Shown here one piece after another: positions 42,413 to 51,742 of a stretch of 64,000 bases of DNA (the first letter of the stretch is position 1; the number at the start of each line of letters is the position of its first letter). The notes beneath the pieces are model-generated. The model was not told where the DNA came from. It did not search any database and was given only the letters and a program-made list of their open reading frames with translations. This stretch comes from an uncultured Bacteroidia bacterium (GTDB lineage Bacteria; Bacteroidota; Bacteroidia; NS11-12g; UBA955), in the NCBI GenBank assembly GCA_943789135.1, contig CALSSY010000004.1, positions 62,726 through 126,725 on the forward strand, read 5' to 3'. A program made the translations under genes and the position numbers.

Positions 42413-43015
42413 TTGAAGGAAATCACCCTAAAGATACAGCATGTCGCGACTCAATTGTTTTTCCGTTCTGGGATAAAACAGGTCTCGATGGATGACCTAT
42501 CGAAAAAGCTTAAAATTTCAAAAAAGACCCTTTACCATTGTTTTGGTAATAAAAATGAATTGGTACGACAAACCGTTCAACAACATTTCGCCTACATAGA
42601 AACTAGACTTGATGAAATCAGTCACATGCACATTTCTGCGGTAGGACGCATGGTAAAAGCTGCATCCTTTGCGGTTGAAGAACTATCTAAAGTCAACCCC
42701 TCTATGATTCAAGATCTTCATAAATACCATCCTGAGGTACATGAAGAGTTATTGGTTTTGCGAAAAAAAACCATCAAAGAACTAATGATAAAAAACATCA
42801 TTGATGGTAGGCAACACGGATATTATCGTTTGGATTTCAATTACGAGTTAATCAGTGAATTATTCGCGCAACAAATCATATATATCACCGAAAATTGGGC
42901 TCAAAACAACGCCCAAGAAGCGGCTCAGGGAGTATTCGAATATGCCATTTATCATTTAAGAGGAATTTCTACTAACAAGGGAATCACAGAACTAAGCACA
43001 ATACAATTATCATGA
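42413..43015 (+). CDS. TetR/AcrR family transcriptional regulator
   Basis: N-terminal HTH 'VSMDDLSKKLKISKKTLYHCF'. Confidence 0.85.
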   Translation: MKEITLKIQHVATQLFFRSGIKQVSMDDLSKKLKISKKTLYHCFGNKNELVRQTVQQHFAYIETRLDEISHMHISAVGRMVKAASFAVEELSKVNPSMIQDLHKYHPEVHEELLVLRKKTIKELMIKNIIDGRQHGYYRLDFNYELISELFAQQIIYITENWAQNNAQEAAQGVFEYAIYHLRGISTNKGITELSTIQLS

Positions 43016-44415
43016 AAGTATATAAACGCATACTAATTGCTTGCGCCTTTTGGGCTAGTACAAACGTCCATTCGCAATCCTTGGACTCATCCAAGATTGT
43101 TGCGATAACGGGACAAACAGTAAAAGTTGGAATGAGTTTAAAAGAGGCTATTAATTATGCCCTTCAAAACAATCCTGAGCTCAAAAAATCAAAATTTGAT
43201 GTTTCAATCTCTAAGGAAACCGTTAAACAAACCGTTGCAATTGGATTGCCGCAAGTAACGGCATCTGGAGGTTACCAGCATTACACGCGAATCCCAGGGA
43301 ACTGGATTAAGAACTTCGCCCCTACTCCAGGAGCTCCAGAATATATCTTTTTGCAATTTCAGCAACAGATTAATAGTTCGGCCACATTAGGCGTTAATCA
43401 GTTAATCTTTGATGGTTCTTACTTAGTGGGGTTAAAAGCAACCAAACAATTTGTGGATATGAGCCGCTTTTTAGAAGCAAAAACTGAGTATGATGTTCAG
43501 GTTAATGTTTCTAAAGCTTATTTAATGGTTGCAAGCACACGCATGAATATCGCTTTACTTGAAAGTAATATATCCGTTTTGGAAAAAAGCACTTCAGATG
43601 TAAAAGCATTATTTGAAGAAGGATTTTCTGAAGAATTGGATTATAAAAGACTTCAATTATCTCTGAACAACTTGAAAGTTCAAAAGCAGAAGTTAGAGAA
43701 TACAGTTGATATGCTCATGAATGTTTTGAAATTGCAAATGGGCATGGATTTAACGGAAACGCTTGAATTAAGTGATGACATCGAGAGTATAGATTCTTAT
43801 ATAAGAATGAGCGACATTGCTAATTCAAGTAGTTGGTCTCCAAGTCTAAGACCTGAATTTCAAGTATTGAATCAAGCAATTACACTCGGTAAATTAGATA
43901 AAAAGCGCTACCAAATGGGGTTTCTCCCCAAACTTGTAGGATTCTACCAACATCAGCAAATGACGATGAGACCTGAATTCAATTTCTTTGAAAGCAATCT
44001 TACTCCTAATAACAATTGGATTCCTTCAGATCTATTTGGATTACAAGTTCAATGGACACTATTCGATGGATTAAATGCGCAATCAAAAATCCGAGAAGTG
44101 CAATATAAAATTGACAAAGCTGAGGTGGATTTAAAATCATTTGAAAATGCGGCTTCTATGGAATGGAAAAATGCCCAAAACACTTACAATGTCCAGCTAC
44201 AACAAGCTGCATTGCAAAAGGAAAACATGGATCTAGCTCAAGACATTTACAATAAAACTCAGATTAAATTCCAAGAAGGTGTTGGGAGTACCCTTGAAAT
44301 GACACAAGCCGAATCGGAATTAAAAAATGCCCAAGTAAACTATTTAAACGCAGTTTACGATTTAGTACTTGCAAAAATTGATTATCACAAAGCCATTGGA
44401 AAACCACTTAACTAA
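43012..44415 (+). CDS. TolC-family outer-membrane efflux protein
   Basis: signal peptide; two OEP repeats. Confidence 0.85.
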   Translation: MKVYKRILIACAFWASTNVHSQSLDSSKIVAITGQTVKVGMSLKEAINYALQNNPELKKSKFDVSISKETVKQTVAIGLPQVTASGGYQHYTRIPGNWIKNFAPTPGAPEYIFLQFQQQINSSATLGVNQLIFDGSYLVGLKATKQFVDMSRFLEAKTEYDVQVNVSKAYLMVASTRMNIALLESNISVLEKSTSDVKALFEEGFSEELDYKRLQLSLNNLKVQKQKLENTVDMLMNVLKLQMGMDLTETLELSDDIESIDSYIRMSDIANSSSWSPSLRPEFQVLNQAITLGKLDKKRYQMGFLPKLVGFYQHQQMTMRPEFNFFESNLTPNNNWIPSDLFGLQVQWTLFDGLNAQSKIREVQYKIDKAEVDLKSFENAASMEWKNAQNTYNVQLQQAALQKENMDLAQDIYNKTQIKFQEGVGSTLEMTQAESELKNAQVNYLNAVYDLVLAKIDYHKAIGKPLN

Positions 44416-44416
44416 C

Positions 44417-45559
44417 ATGAAAAACGCCATATTTTTTAGCGCCGCTCTTAGCGTCGTTTTCTTAGCCTCATGTGGAGGAGCCGAAAAAACCACAGATGCA
44501 CAAGCGCAGGAGGAATTGAAAAACATTCAATCACAAATTGCTGAATTACAAAAAAAAGAACAAGCTTTATTAATGCAAATTGGGGGCAATGAATCTGCTC
44601 GAACAAAATTAGTTGAAACCCAAACGGTCGCATTAGCAACATTTACCAATGACCTAACGGTAGAAGGAATGGTTGATGCGCAAAATAGCACCATCGCTAC
44701 CTCTAAGGTGCCAGCAACAGTTACCGCAATTTTAGTGAAAGTGGGTCAACAAGTAAGTGCAGGTCAAGCATTAGCCAAACTGGATAATACATCCCTTGTG
44801 CAAAGCAAACGCGAATTGGAACAACAGTATGACTTTGCTAAAACTTTGTATGAAAAACAATTAAGACTTTGGAAAAAAGGCGTTGGCACTGAAGTTCAGT
44901 ATTTAAGCGCAAAGAATCAAATGGAAGCTCTTGCAAAAAGTTTGAATACGCTGAACTCAAACATCGACATGTACACAATTAAGTCTCCTATTGATGGAAG
45001 TATTGAAGCTATTGATATCAAGATTGGTCAAGTTGCCGCTCCTGGAATGCCGTACTTTAAAGTTGTGAATGTTTCGATGATTAAGGCTGTAGCAGAAGTA
45101 TCAGAAGCTTATGCAGGAAGTGTCCATCAAGGAGATGACGTTGAAATAATTTTCCCAGATTTAGAGAAATCCATCAAAAGTAAAATTGGATTTGCGTCTA
45201 AATTCATAGATCCCTTAAACCGCACGTTCAAAGTTGAAATACCATTAATTGGTTTAAAAGATATAAAACCGAATATGATTGCTCGTTTGAAAATCACTGA
45301 ATATGAAAAGAACAACACGATTGTCGTGCCTTCTAATTGTGTTCAAGTAACAGAAAATGAAGCTTTTGTTATGGTTGCAAAAGAGATCGAAGGAAAAGTA
45401 GTGGCTCAAAAACAAATAGTGAAATTAGGTCTAGCCAATAAGAACTCAACAGAAGTTACAGAAGGTTTAGAAATTGGTGAAAATCTGATTATTAATGGAT
45501 TCCAGGAATTAGCCGAAGGACAAGTTTTGACAATAAAAAAGGCAACTGACAATGGCTAA
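44417..45559 (+). CDS. efflux RND periplasmic adaptor (membrane fusion protein) lipoprotein; the likely start is 'MKNAIFF'
   Basis: lipobox 'LASCGG'; HlyD/biotin-lipoyl/beta-barrel domains. Confidence 0.85.
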   Translation: MKNAIFFSAALSVVFLASCGGAEKTTDAQAQEELKNIQSQIAELQKKEQALLMQIGGNESARTKLVETQTVALATFTNDLTVEGMVDAQNSTIATSKVPATVTAILVKVGQQVSAGQALAKLDNTSLVQSKRELEQQYDFAKTLYEKQLRLWKKGVGTEVQYLSAKNQMEALAKSLNTLNSNIDMYTIKSPIDGSIEAIDIKIGQVAAPGMPYFKVVNVSMIKAVAEVSEAYAGSVHQGDDVEIIFPDLEKSIKSKIGFASKFIDPLNRTFKVEIPLIGLKDIKPNMIARLKITEYEKNNTIVVPSNCVQVTENEAFVMVAKEIEGKVVAQKQIVKLGLANKNSTEVTEGLEIGENLIINGFQELAEGQVLTIKKATDNG

Positions 45560-48500
45560 ATTCAAAGAATTCAAACCCACAAGTTGGAGTATTGACAATC
45601 GGACAAGTATCTACATACTGACAATATTCATCAGTATTGCGGGTATCTTTTCCTATATCAAGCTTCCAAAAGAACAGTTTCCGGATATCGTTATCCCAAC
45701 AATCTACGTTCAGACCATTTATCCAGGTTCTGCCCCTAAGGATATCGAAAACTTAATTACCAAACCCATTGAAAAGAAAATCGGGTCTATCTCAGGTGTA
45801 AAGAAATTAAAAAGTCAATCTTTACAGGATTTCAGTATCATCACGGTTGAATTTGGAACTGATGTTGATGTGGCCGTTGCGAAAAGCAAGGTTAAAGACG
45901 AAGTAGACAAGGCCAAACAAGATTTACCTTCCGATTTAAGAAACGATCCAACCGTTCAAGAAGTAAACTTCAGTGATATGCCAATCCTGTATGTTAATAT
46001 TTCTGGTGATTACAGTCTACAAGATTTAAAGCGTTATGCCGAACTGGCAAAAGACAGAATTGAATCCTTGTCCAGTATCACTCGAGTAGACATGGTGGGT
46101 GCATTAGATCGTGAAATGCAGGTTAATTTAAACTTGACCAAGATGATCGCTGCGGGCATTACGCTCGATGATGTTTCTAGGGCCATTCAATATGAAAATG
46201 CACGTATTTCCGGAGGAAACGTGGATATCGGCAATATGAAACGCTCCATTAGTGTTAGTGGTGAATTCAAAAATAAATTCGAACTTGAAAATTTAGTCAT
46301 ACGAGGTAATTTAGGCGCAACGCTCTATTTAAAAGACATTGCAGAAATCAAAGATGGATTCAAGGAAAAGGAAAGTTATGCGCGTTTAGAAGGAAAGAAT
46401 GTAATTACTTTAAATATCGTAAAGCGTGCAGGTGAAAACCTGATTGAAGCATCTGATAAATGCCGTGAAATTGTTGCCGAACTTAAAACCAACGGTCAAT
46501 ACCCAGAAAAATTAAATGTGGTATTTACCGGTGACCAAAGTACCAAAACAAGGACAACGGTTCACGACCTTATCAATACCATTATCATTGGTTTTATTTT
46601 GGTAACCCTCATTTTAATGTTTTTCATGGGTGCTACCAACGCCATCTTCGTTGGTCTTTCAGTTCCCCTCTCCTGCTTTGTTGCCTTTTTAATCATGCCA
46701 ACCATAGGGTTTAGCTTGAACTTCATTGTTTTGTTTTCATTTTTACTGGCTTTGGGAATTGTTGTTGACGACGCTATTGTTGTTGTTGAGAACACCCATA
46801 GAATATATCATGAAGAGAATATCAGCATAGTTAAAGCGGCCAAGAAAGCGGCAGGTGAAGTGTTCCTTCCCGTTTTTTCAGGAACTTTAACCACTTTAGC
46901 CCCATTTTTCCCTTTGGCATTCTGGCAAGGTGTCGTAGGTAAATTCATGTATTTCCTACCTGTAACCCTGATTATTACCCTTCTTGCTTCGTTATTGGTT
47001 GCTTACATAATCAATCCTGTTTTTGCTGTTGATTTTATGCAGAAAGACAGCAAGCCCGAAAAAGGAGCTTGGAAATCATCAAAATTTAGAAAAACGAGCA
47101 TTGTATTTGCTGTATTAACCCTTTTGGGATATGGAATAGGATTCGGAGTTGGTAATCTTATTTTGTTATTTTATCTGATATATGCTGTACATAAAGTTTG
47201 GTTAAAAGGTGTAATTTATCGCTTTCAAACACAAAGATGGCCAAAGGTTCAAAATGCATATAAAAACCTTATTGCATGGACCTTATCTGGAAAAAGATCC
47301 GCATTGATACTATTGTCTACCATTGGATTATTGATTTTTTCCTTTGTCATTACAGCAATCCGAAAACCAGGTGTAATTTTCTTCCCACAGGCAGATCCTA
47401 ACTTTACTTATGTGTATTTAACGCTTCCAGAAGGAACTAGCGCCAAACATACAGACAGCATTGTAAAAATTGCTGAAGAACGGGTATTTCAAATCCTTAA
47501 TACCAATCAAAACAGAGACTTGGTGGAAAGTGTGATATCCAACGTTGCTGTTGGAGCTACGGATCCCAATAGTGGTGATCGCTCCATTAAAAGTAATAAA
47601 GGAAAAATCACAGTAGCATTTACGGAATTTTCAGAACGAAACGGTAGAAGCACCCGTAAATTATTGGAAGATATCCGAGCGGGCTTAACCGATTTTGCCG
47701 GTGTGGAATTGGTAGTCGAGCAAGAAAGTAACGGGCCACCAGTAGGAAAAGCCATAAATATTGAAATTCGCGGTGATGAATTTGATATTTTGGTTAAAAC
47801 AGGTGCTGAATTAAAGCAATTCCTAGATGAAAAGAATATATCAGGTGTGGAAGAGTTGAAGAGTGACTTCATAAGCTCTAAACCAGAATTAATTGTTCAT
47901 ATTGACAGAGAACGCGCCAATCGATTTGGAATTAGCACCTCTCAAATCGGAATGGCATTAAGAAATTCTATTTTTGGTGCAGAGGCATCTAAATTCAAAG
48001 ATGCCAATGACGATTATCCCATTATGGTGCGCTTGGAAAAAGCAACGAGTAATGATCTGAATGAACTCCTCAACATGAGAATCACGTACCGTGATATGAT
48101 TTCAGGTGGTATGTTAAGACAAATTCCACTTTCTGCGGTTGCAGATGTGCGTTATAACAACACATTTGGAGGAATTAACCGTCTGAATCAAAAGCGTGTT
48201 ATTACATTATCGTCAAATGTACTTTCAGGATATGCGCCTAATGAAGTAGTTGCTAAGGTTACAGAAGCGATAAAACAATATGGACAACCAGAAGGATTAG
48301 AAATTGCCCTTACAGGAGAACAAGAGGAACAAGCAGAAACTGCAGCCTTCTTATCTACAGCTATGATGGCGGCAATTGCCTTAATTATTGTCATATTAGT
48401 TACCCAGTTCAATTCTATTTCTAAGCCGATAATTATTTTAAGTGAAGTTTTCTTCTCTGTGATTGGAGTGCTTTTAGGATTTGCCATTTTTGATATGGAT

Positions 48501-48956
48501 TTCTCAGTAATCATGAGTGGCGTCGGTATAGTGGCCTTGATAGGTATCGTTGTACGAAACGGTATTCTAATTGTAGAATTTGCCGACCATATGAGAAGTC
48601 AGGGAATGCCTTTGAAAGAAGCTTTGATTGAAGCAGGTAGAACGCGTATGACTCCCGTATTATTAACAGCTGCCAGTACTATACTGGGATTAATTCCATT
48701 AGCTGTTGGTTTAAATATGGATTTCGTAACCTTATTTTCTGAATTAAATCCTCATATTTTCTTTGGTGGAGATAGTGTTGCGTTTTGGGGGCCTTTAAGC
48801 TGGACCATGATTTTTGGTTTAGGTTTTGCAACCATACTCACATTATTCATCGTTCCCAACTTGTATTATCTAAATGAAAAGGTAAAAGCAAAAATTTATT
48901 CTTGGGTAGGTGTATCCTATAATCCAGACAAGGAATTAAGACCTGGTAAAAAGTAA
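45552..48956 (+). CDS. efflux RND transporter permease (AcrB/HAE1-like) with an ~90-aa C-terminal extension
   Basis: 12-TM AcrB architecture; 1134 aa. Confidence 0.9.
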   Translation: MAKFKEFKPTSWSIDNRTSIYILTIFISIAGIFSYIKLPKEQFPDIVIPTIYVQTIYPGSAPKDIENLITKPIEKKIGSISGVKKLKSQSLQDFSIITVEFGTDVDVAVAKSKVKDEVDKAKQDLPSDLRNDPTVQEVNFSDMPILYVNISGDYSLQDLKRYAELAKDRIESLSSITRVDMVGALDREMQVNLNLTKMIAAGITLDDVSRAIQYENARISGGNVDIGNMKRSISVSGEFKNKFELENLVIRGNLGATLYLKDIAEIKDGFKEKESYARLEGKNVITLNIVKRAGENLIEASDKCREIVAELKTNGQYPEKLNVVFTGDQSTKTRTTVHDLINTIIIGFILVTLILMFFMGATNAIFVGLSVPLSCFVAFLIMPTIGFSLNFIVLFSFLLALGIVVDDAIVVVENTHRIYHEENISIVKAAKKAAGEVFLPVFSGTLTTLAPFFPLAFWQGVVGKFMYFLPVTLIITLLASLLVAYIINPVFAVDFMQKDSKPEKGAWKSSKFRKTSIVFAVLTLLGYGIGFGVGNLILLFYLIYAVHKVWLKGVIYRFQTQRWPKVQNAYKNLIAWTLSGKRSALILLSTIGLLIFSFVITAIRKPGVIFFPQADPNFTYVYLTLPEGTSAKHTDSIVKIAEERVFQILNTNQNRDLVESVISNVAVGATDPNSGDRSIKSNKGKITVAFTEFSERNGRSTRKLLEDIRAGLTDFAGVELVVEQESNGPPVGKAINIEIRGDEFDILVKTGAELKQFLDEKNISGVEELKSDFISSKPELIVHIDRERANRFGISTSQIGMALRNSIFGAEASKFKDANDDYPIMVRLEKATSNDLNELLNMRITYRDMISGGMLRQIPLSAVADVRYNNTFGGINRLNQKRVITLSSNVLSGYAPNEVVAKVTEAIKQYGQPEGLEIALTGEQEEQAETAAFLSTAMMAAIALIIVILVTQFNSISKPIIILSEVFFSVIGVLLGFAIFDMDFSVIMSGVGIVALIGIVVRNGILIVEFADHMRSQGMPLKEALIEAGRTRMTPVLLTAASTILGLIPLAVGLNMDFVTLFSELNPHIFFGGDSVAFWGPLSWTMIFGLGFATILTLFIVPNLYYLNEKVKAKIYSWVGVSYNPDKELRPGKK

Positions 48957-48978
48957 AGGTTTGTTTAAGTTGATAGAT

Positions 48979-49010
48979 AAAGGCCACCCATGGGTGGCCT
49001 TTATTGTTAT
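48979..49010. terminator. bidirectional terminator: perfect 24-nt palindrome 'aaaggccacccatgggtggccttt' followed by a T tract
   Basis: read directly from the sequence, immediately after the RND stop. Confidence 0.75.
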
Positions 49011-49237
49011 ATATACATCAACAACGCTAGATACAATGTAATACCATTAATAAACACTGCTGTTCCCCCTTTACCTGCGAATCCATACAAACCACTGAAA
49101 ATTCAGACTCAAACCATGTAAAGTTTCACGTTACACGACTATCACAAAATCGATTCATGGAACATCGAAACCTGAATTTTATGGATTCAATAACGGTGAA
49201 TTTCATTATACGTATAATCCACAAAGGTATAAAACAG

Positions 49238-49270
49238 AAAAGCCACCCATAGGGTGGCTTTTCTGTTTGG
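49238..49270. terminator. bidirectional terminator 'aaaagccaccc-ata-gggtggctttt', related in sequence to the hairpin at 48979
   Basis: 11-bp stem with a 3-nt loop and U tracts on both sides; lies just 3' of the minus-strand gene 49283-50212. Confidence 0.7.
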
Positions 49271-49282
49271 TATTGATAATGA

Positions 49283-50212
49283 TTATCTAAGATTAAACGT
49301 ATTTTTTTGACGCAACAATCCGCGTGTCCAAAGTTCAGTGGTATATCTACCTTTCTTTAGTTTACCCGAAAGATTACCACGATCTGGGAATTTCCATTTT
49401 ACCTTTTGGAGTGCCCCATCAAAGGTTACTCCCTCTCTCAAAGTAAAAATGAGACTCTTATCTTTAAGGGTTTTGTTATTCACGGATAATACACCGCCAT
49501 CTGGATCAATCAAACGGATTGTAACCTCTTCATCAACAACTTCCGTTACCATTGGATTTTCCAAGATATCGAACGTAATAAGAAACTGATTTACTTTTTT
49601 CGCCTTATCAGCTATTTTCTTTTTCTTATCGTAAGCACTTGTTATAAGCGTACCAAATTGAGGTATTGCTCCACGCTCCAATCTCTCTTTTAATTCGGTA
49701 TTTTCAATACCCAAGGCCTCTTTTTCATTAACAGCTACTTCTTTATCCGCAACAGCCTGGTTACGCTCAATTATCAAGGTATCCAACTGAGCCGTCAAGT
49801 CTTTGATTTTTACCTTAGCATCTGCCAATTGCTTTCTAATTCCACTAAGATTTACATTTTTTGTATTTCTTTCAATATTGATATCTCCGCCTTCTCCAGT
49901 TGAAATTTGCACCAATTGACGACGCAATCTATTAACCTCTCTGTAAGCGGCAATAACTCGAGGATTATTAGGGCCTTCAAGTTCAGTAACCTTATTTACC
50001 AAGGAAGCATTTTCTTCTTGTAAGATCATAACTACGTTGTTAAGGGAGTCTTCAATTCGAAGAAGTTCGCGTTGTAAGGAGTCGCGCATTGCGACCAATT
50101 CAAGTTCTTTCTCAGCAATAGAGTCTTTGTTGTCGTAATACAAATAAGTATTTGTACCGGCTGATAACAGCAGAAGAATCAACAAAATAATGATTACACC
50201 TGTTCTTTTCAT
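49283..50212 (-). CDS. membrane-anchored coiled-coil protein with a C-terminal beta-rich domain (hypothetical)
   Basis: N-terminal TM 'GVIIILLILLLL'; about 180 aa of heptad-rich sequence. Confidence 0.5.
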   Translation of the reverse strand: MKRTGVIIILLILLLLSAGTNTYLYYDNKDSIAEKELELVAMRDSLQRELLRIEDSLNNVVMILQEENASLVNKVTELEGPNNPRVIAAYREVNRLRRQLVQISTGEGGDINIERNTKNVNLSGIRKQLADAKVKIKDLTAQLDTLIIERNQAVADKEVAVNEKEALGIENTELKERLERGAIPQFGTLITSAYDKKKKIADKAKKVNQFLITFDILENPMVTEVVDEEVTIRLIDPDGGVLSVNNKTLKDKSLIFTLREGVTFDGALQKVKWKFPDRGNLSGKLKKGRYTTELWTRGLLRQKNTFNLR

Positions 50213-50247
50213 GAAAATATTCTCTCTGCAATATTACACAATAATAA

Positions 50248-51570
50248 CTACTTATGTATAGTCTGAATATGTCTATGCAAATCACCAACATTATTTGAAT
50301 TGAAAATCAAATGTTTACGTTCATCCCAAAATAAGAATTGCGGTATTTGTTGCAATCTTAATTTTTCTGCTATACTGGAATTACAAAAGCCCTGAATTAC
50401 ATTTATGTCGTAGCGACGGTTGTAGTACGAAACATATTTACCACTGCCACCAAAATTTAAAAACACCCAATTTATTTCATTGTTGTATTTTCTACTTAAT
50501 TCATGGATATACGAAGAATCGCGAATGAAATCTTGATTTTCAGCACTCCAAATAACCAAAATGGTTTTTTTATCACCTATTTTCCTAGAATTTAAACGTC
50601 GTTGATTTTTCTCAGCTGTGCAAAATTTGAATCGGGGTAATACTGAACCGTTCAATAAACTTTTTTGCGTTTTATCACATTTTAATCTGGGAACAAGGGT
50701 AATTCGATTGGATAAATTACTTGTACTATCAAAACTTAATGAAAAAGCATATCCCAACCAAGCAAAGTTGGCATCTTTTCCAACAGCAACCTTATTCTGG
50801 GAGCTTAGCGTATTACTACTTCCTGGCGAAATCAACCATTGATCTATTCCAGCATCACTAAATTTCCCGTTTGAATTGGCGTCTAAAACGCCAATGAGAA
50901 GGGTATCACTTCTAAATAAGAAAGGTGCATATCGGATATTAACCCGTTCTACTTTAAATGAATTCCTAGTGCCAATAAAATTTCGACTCCCTTGCATTTC
51001 ACCAATAGACAAATCATTCATCTTAGAAAAGCGATAGAATTTATTTTCTGGAAAAACACGAATACGAACACCCGATGACAACCCATTTTCATCCGAAAAA
51101 GAAATCGGACCTTTCGATCTGCCTTTAACAAGAATTTCAGGTTTTTCATCCGTGAAATCCAAATTGTGATTTCTATCAAGCCATATTCTAACGCTTAATT
51201 TACGATGCCAATAATGACCACCTTCAATTAAAAATAAGATTCTTTTGGGTTCCCATACTGAAGATTCATGATGCTGAAAGAAATATCCATAACTCAAATC
51301 TCCTTCATGCTCAGGCACTTTAATTTGAATTGAATCCGCACTTTGATTGTAATCCGCACCGGCCAGATCTAAATAACCATGCACCCAATCACCATTAAGA
51401 GCAAATAAAGGCACTAAGCCCATTGAACTTTTACTCGCTAAATCCGTACCAATTGAATCCAAGGAAGCCTGAACCGTATAATCAGACTGAGCCAATTGAG
51501 GTAATTGAGCCGTTAACTGGCTGAAAAAAAGAAAGGATAAACCGTAAAAAAGTCTAATAAATTTCAACAT
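50248..51570 (-). CDS. secreted protein with a C-terminal thioredoxin-like (TlpA/redoxin-like) fold that lacks a CxxC motif
   Basis: signal peptide; C-terminal 'KKTILVIWSAENQDF...WVFLNFGG' resembles a redoxin fold with 'WSAEN' where WCxxC would sit. Confidence 0.45.
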   Translation of the reverse strand: MLKFIRLFYGLSFLFFSQLTAQLPQLAQSDYTVQASLDSIGTDLASKSSMGLVPLFALNGDWVHGYLDLAGADYNQSADSIQIKVPEHEGDLSYGYFFQHHESSVWEPKRILFLIEGGHYWHRKLSVRIWLDRNHNLDFTDEKPEILVKGRSKGPISFSDENGLSSGVRIRVFPENKFYRFSKMNDLSIGEMQGSRNFIGTRNSFKVERVNIRYAPFLFRSDTLLIGVLDANSNGKFSDAGIDQWLISPGSSNTLSSQNKVAVGKDANFAWLGYAFSLSFDSTSNLSNRITLVPRLKCDKTQKSLLNGSVLPRFKFCTAEKNQRRLNSRKIGDKKTILVIWSAENQDFIRDSSYIHELSRKYNNEINWVFLNFGGSGKYVSYYNRRYDINVIQGFCNSSIAEKLRLQQIPQFLFWDERKHLIFNSNNVGDLHRHIQTIHK

Positions 51571-51573
51571 TTT

Positions 51574-51729
51574 TTATTTACAAAATCGCACGAACATCAC
51601 GATAATAGCAAATAAAAACATGAAAATAGAAATCTTGTTGATACCGTGCATCATCCTAAGATTGAAGTTGGGCTTATCCCCTTTCGTCTTTTTAAAGGAG
51701 AGATACTCCCATATCTTTTTTAAGATCAT
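51574..51729 (-). CDS. 51-aa tail-anchored small membrane protein (MILKKIWEYLSFKKTKGDKPNFNLRMMHGINKISIFMFLFAIIVMFVRFCK). It is not in the ORF track because it is under 60 aa
   Basis: translated by hand; it sits 14 nt after the lon stop and 4 nt before the next gene's start, so tight operon spacing supports it. Confidence 0.35.
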   Translation of the reverse strand: MILKKIWEYLSFKKTKGDKPNFNLRMMHGINKISIFMFLFAIIVMFVRFCK

Positions 51730-51742
51730 GCTCAAATATAGT

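Noticed and set aside
46562-48514. Minus-strand ORFs within the RND permease gene (46562-46795, 47507-47872, 48188-48514)
   Set aside because: They are antisense to a conserved 12-TM AcrB-family gene and have no independent signals.
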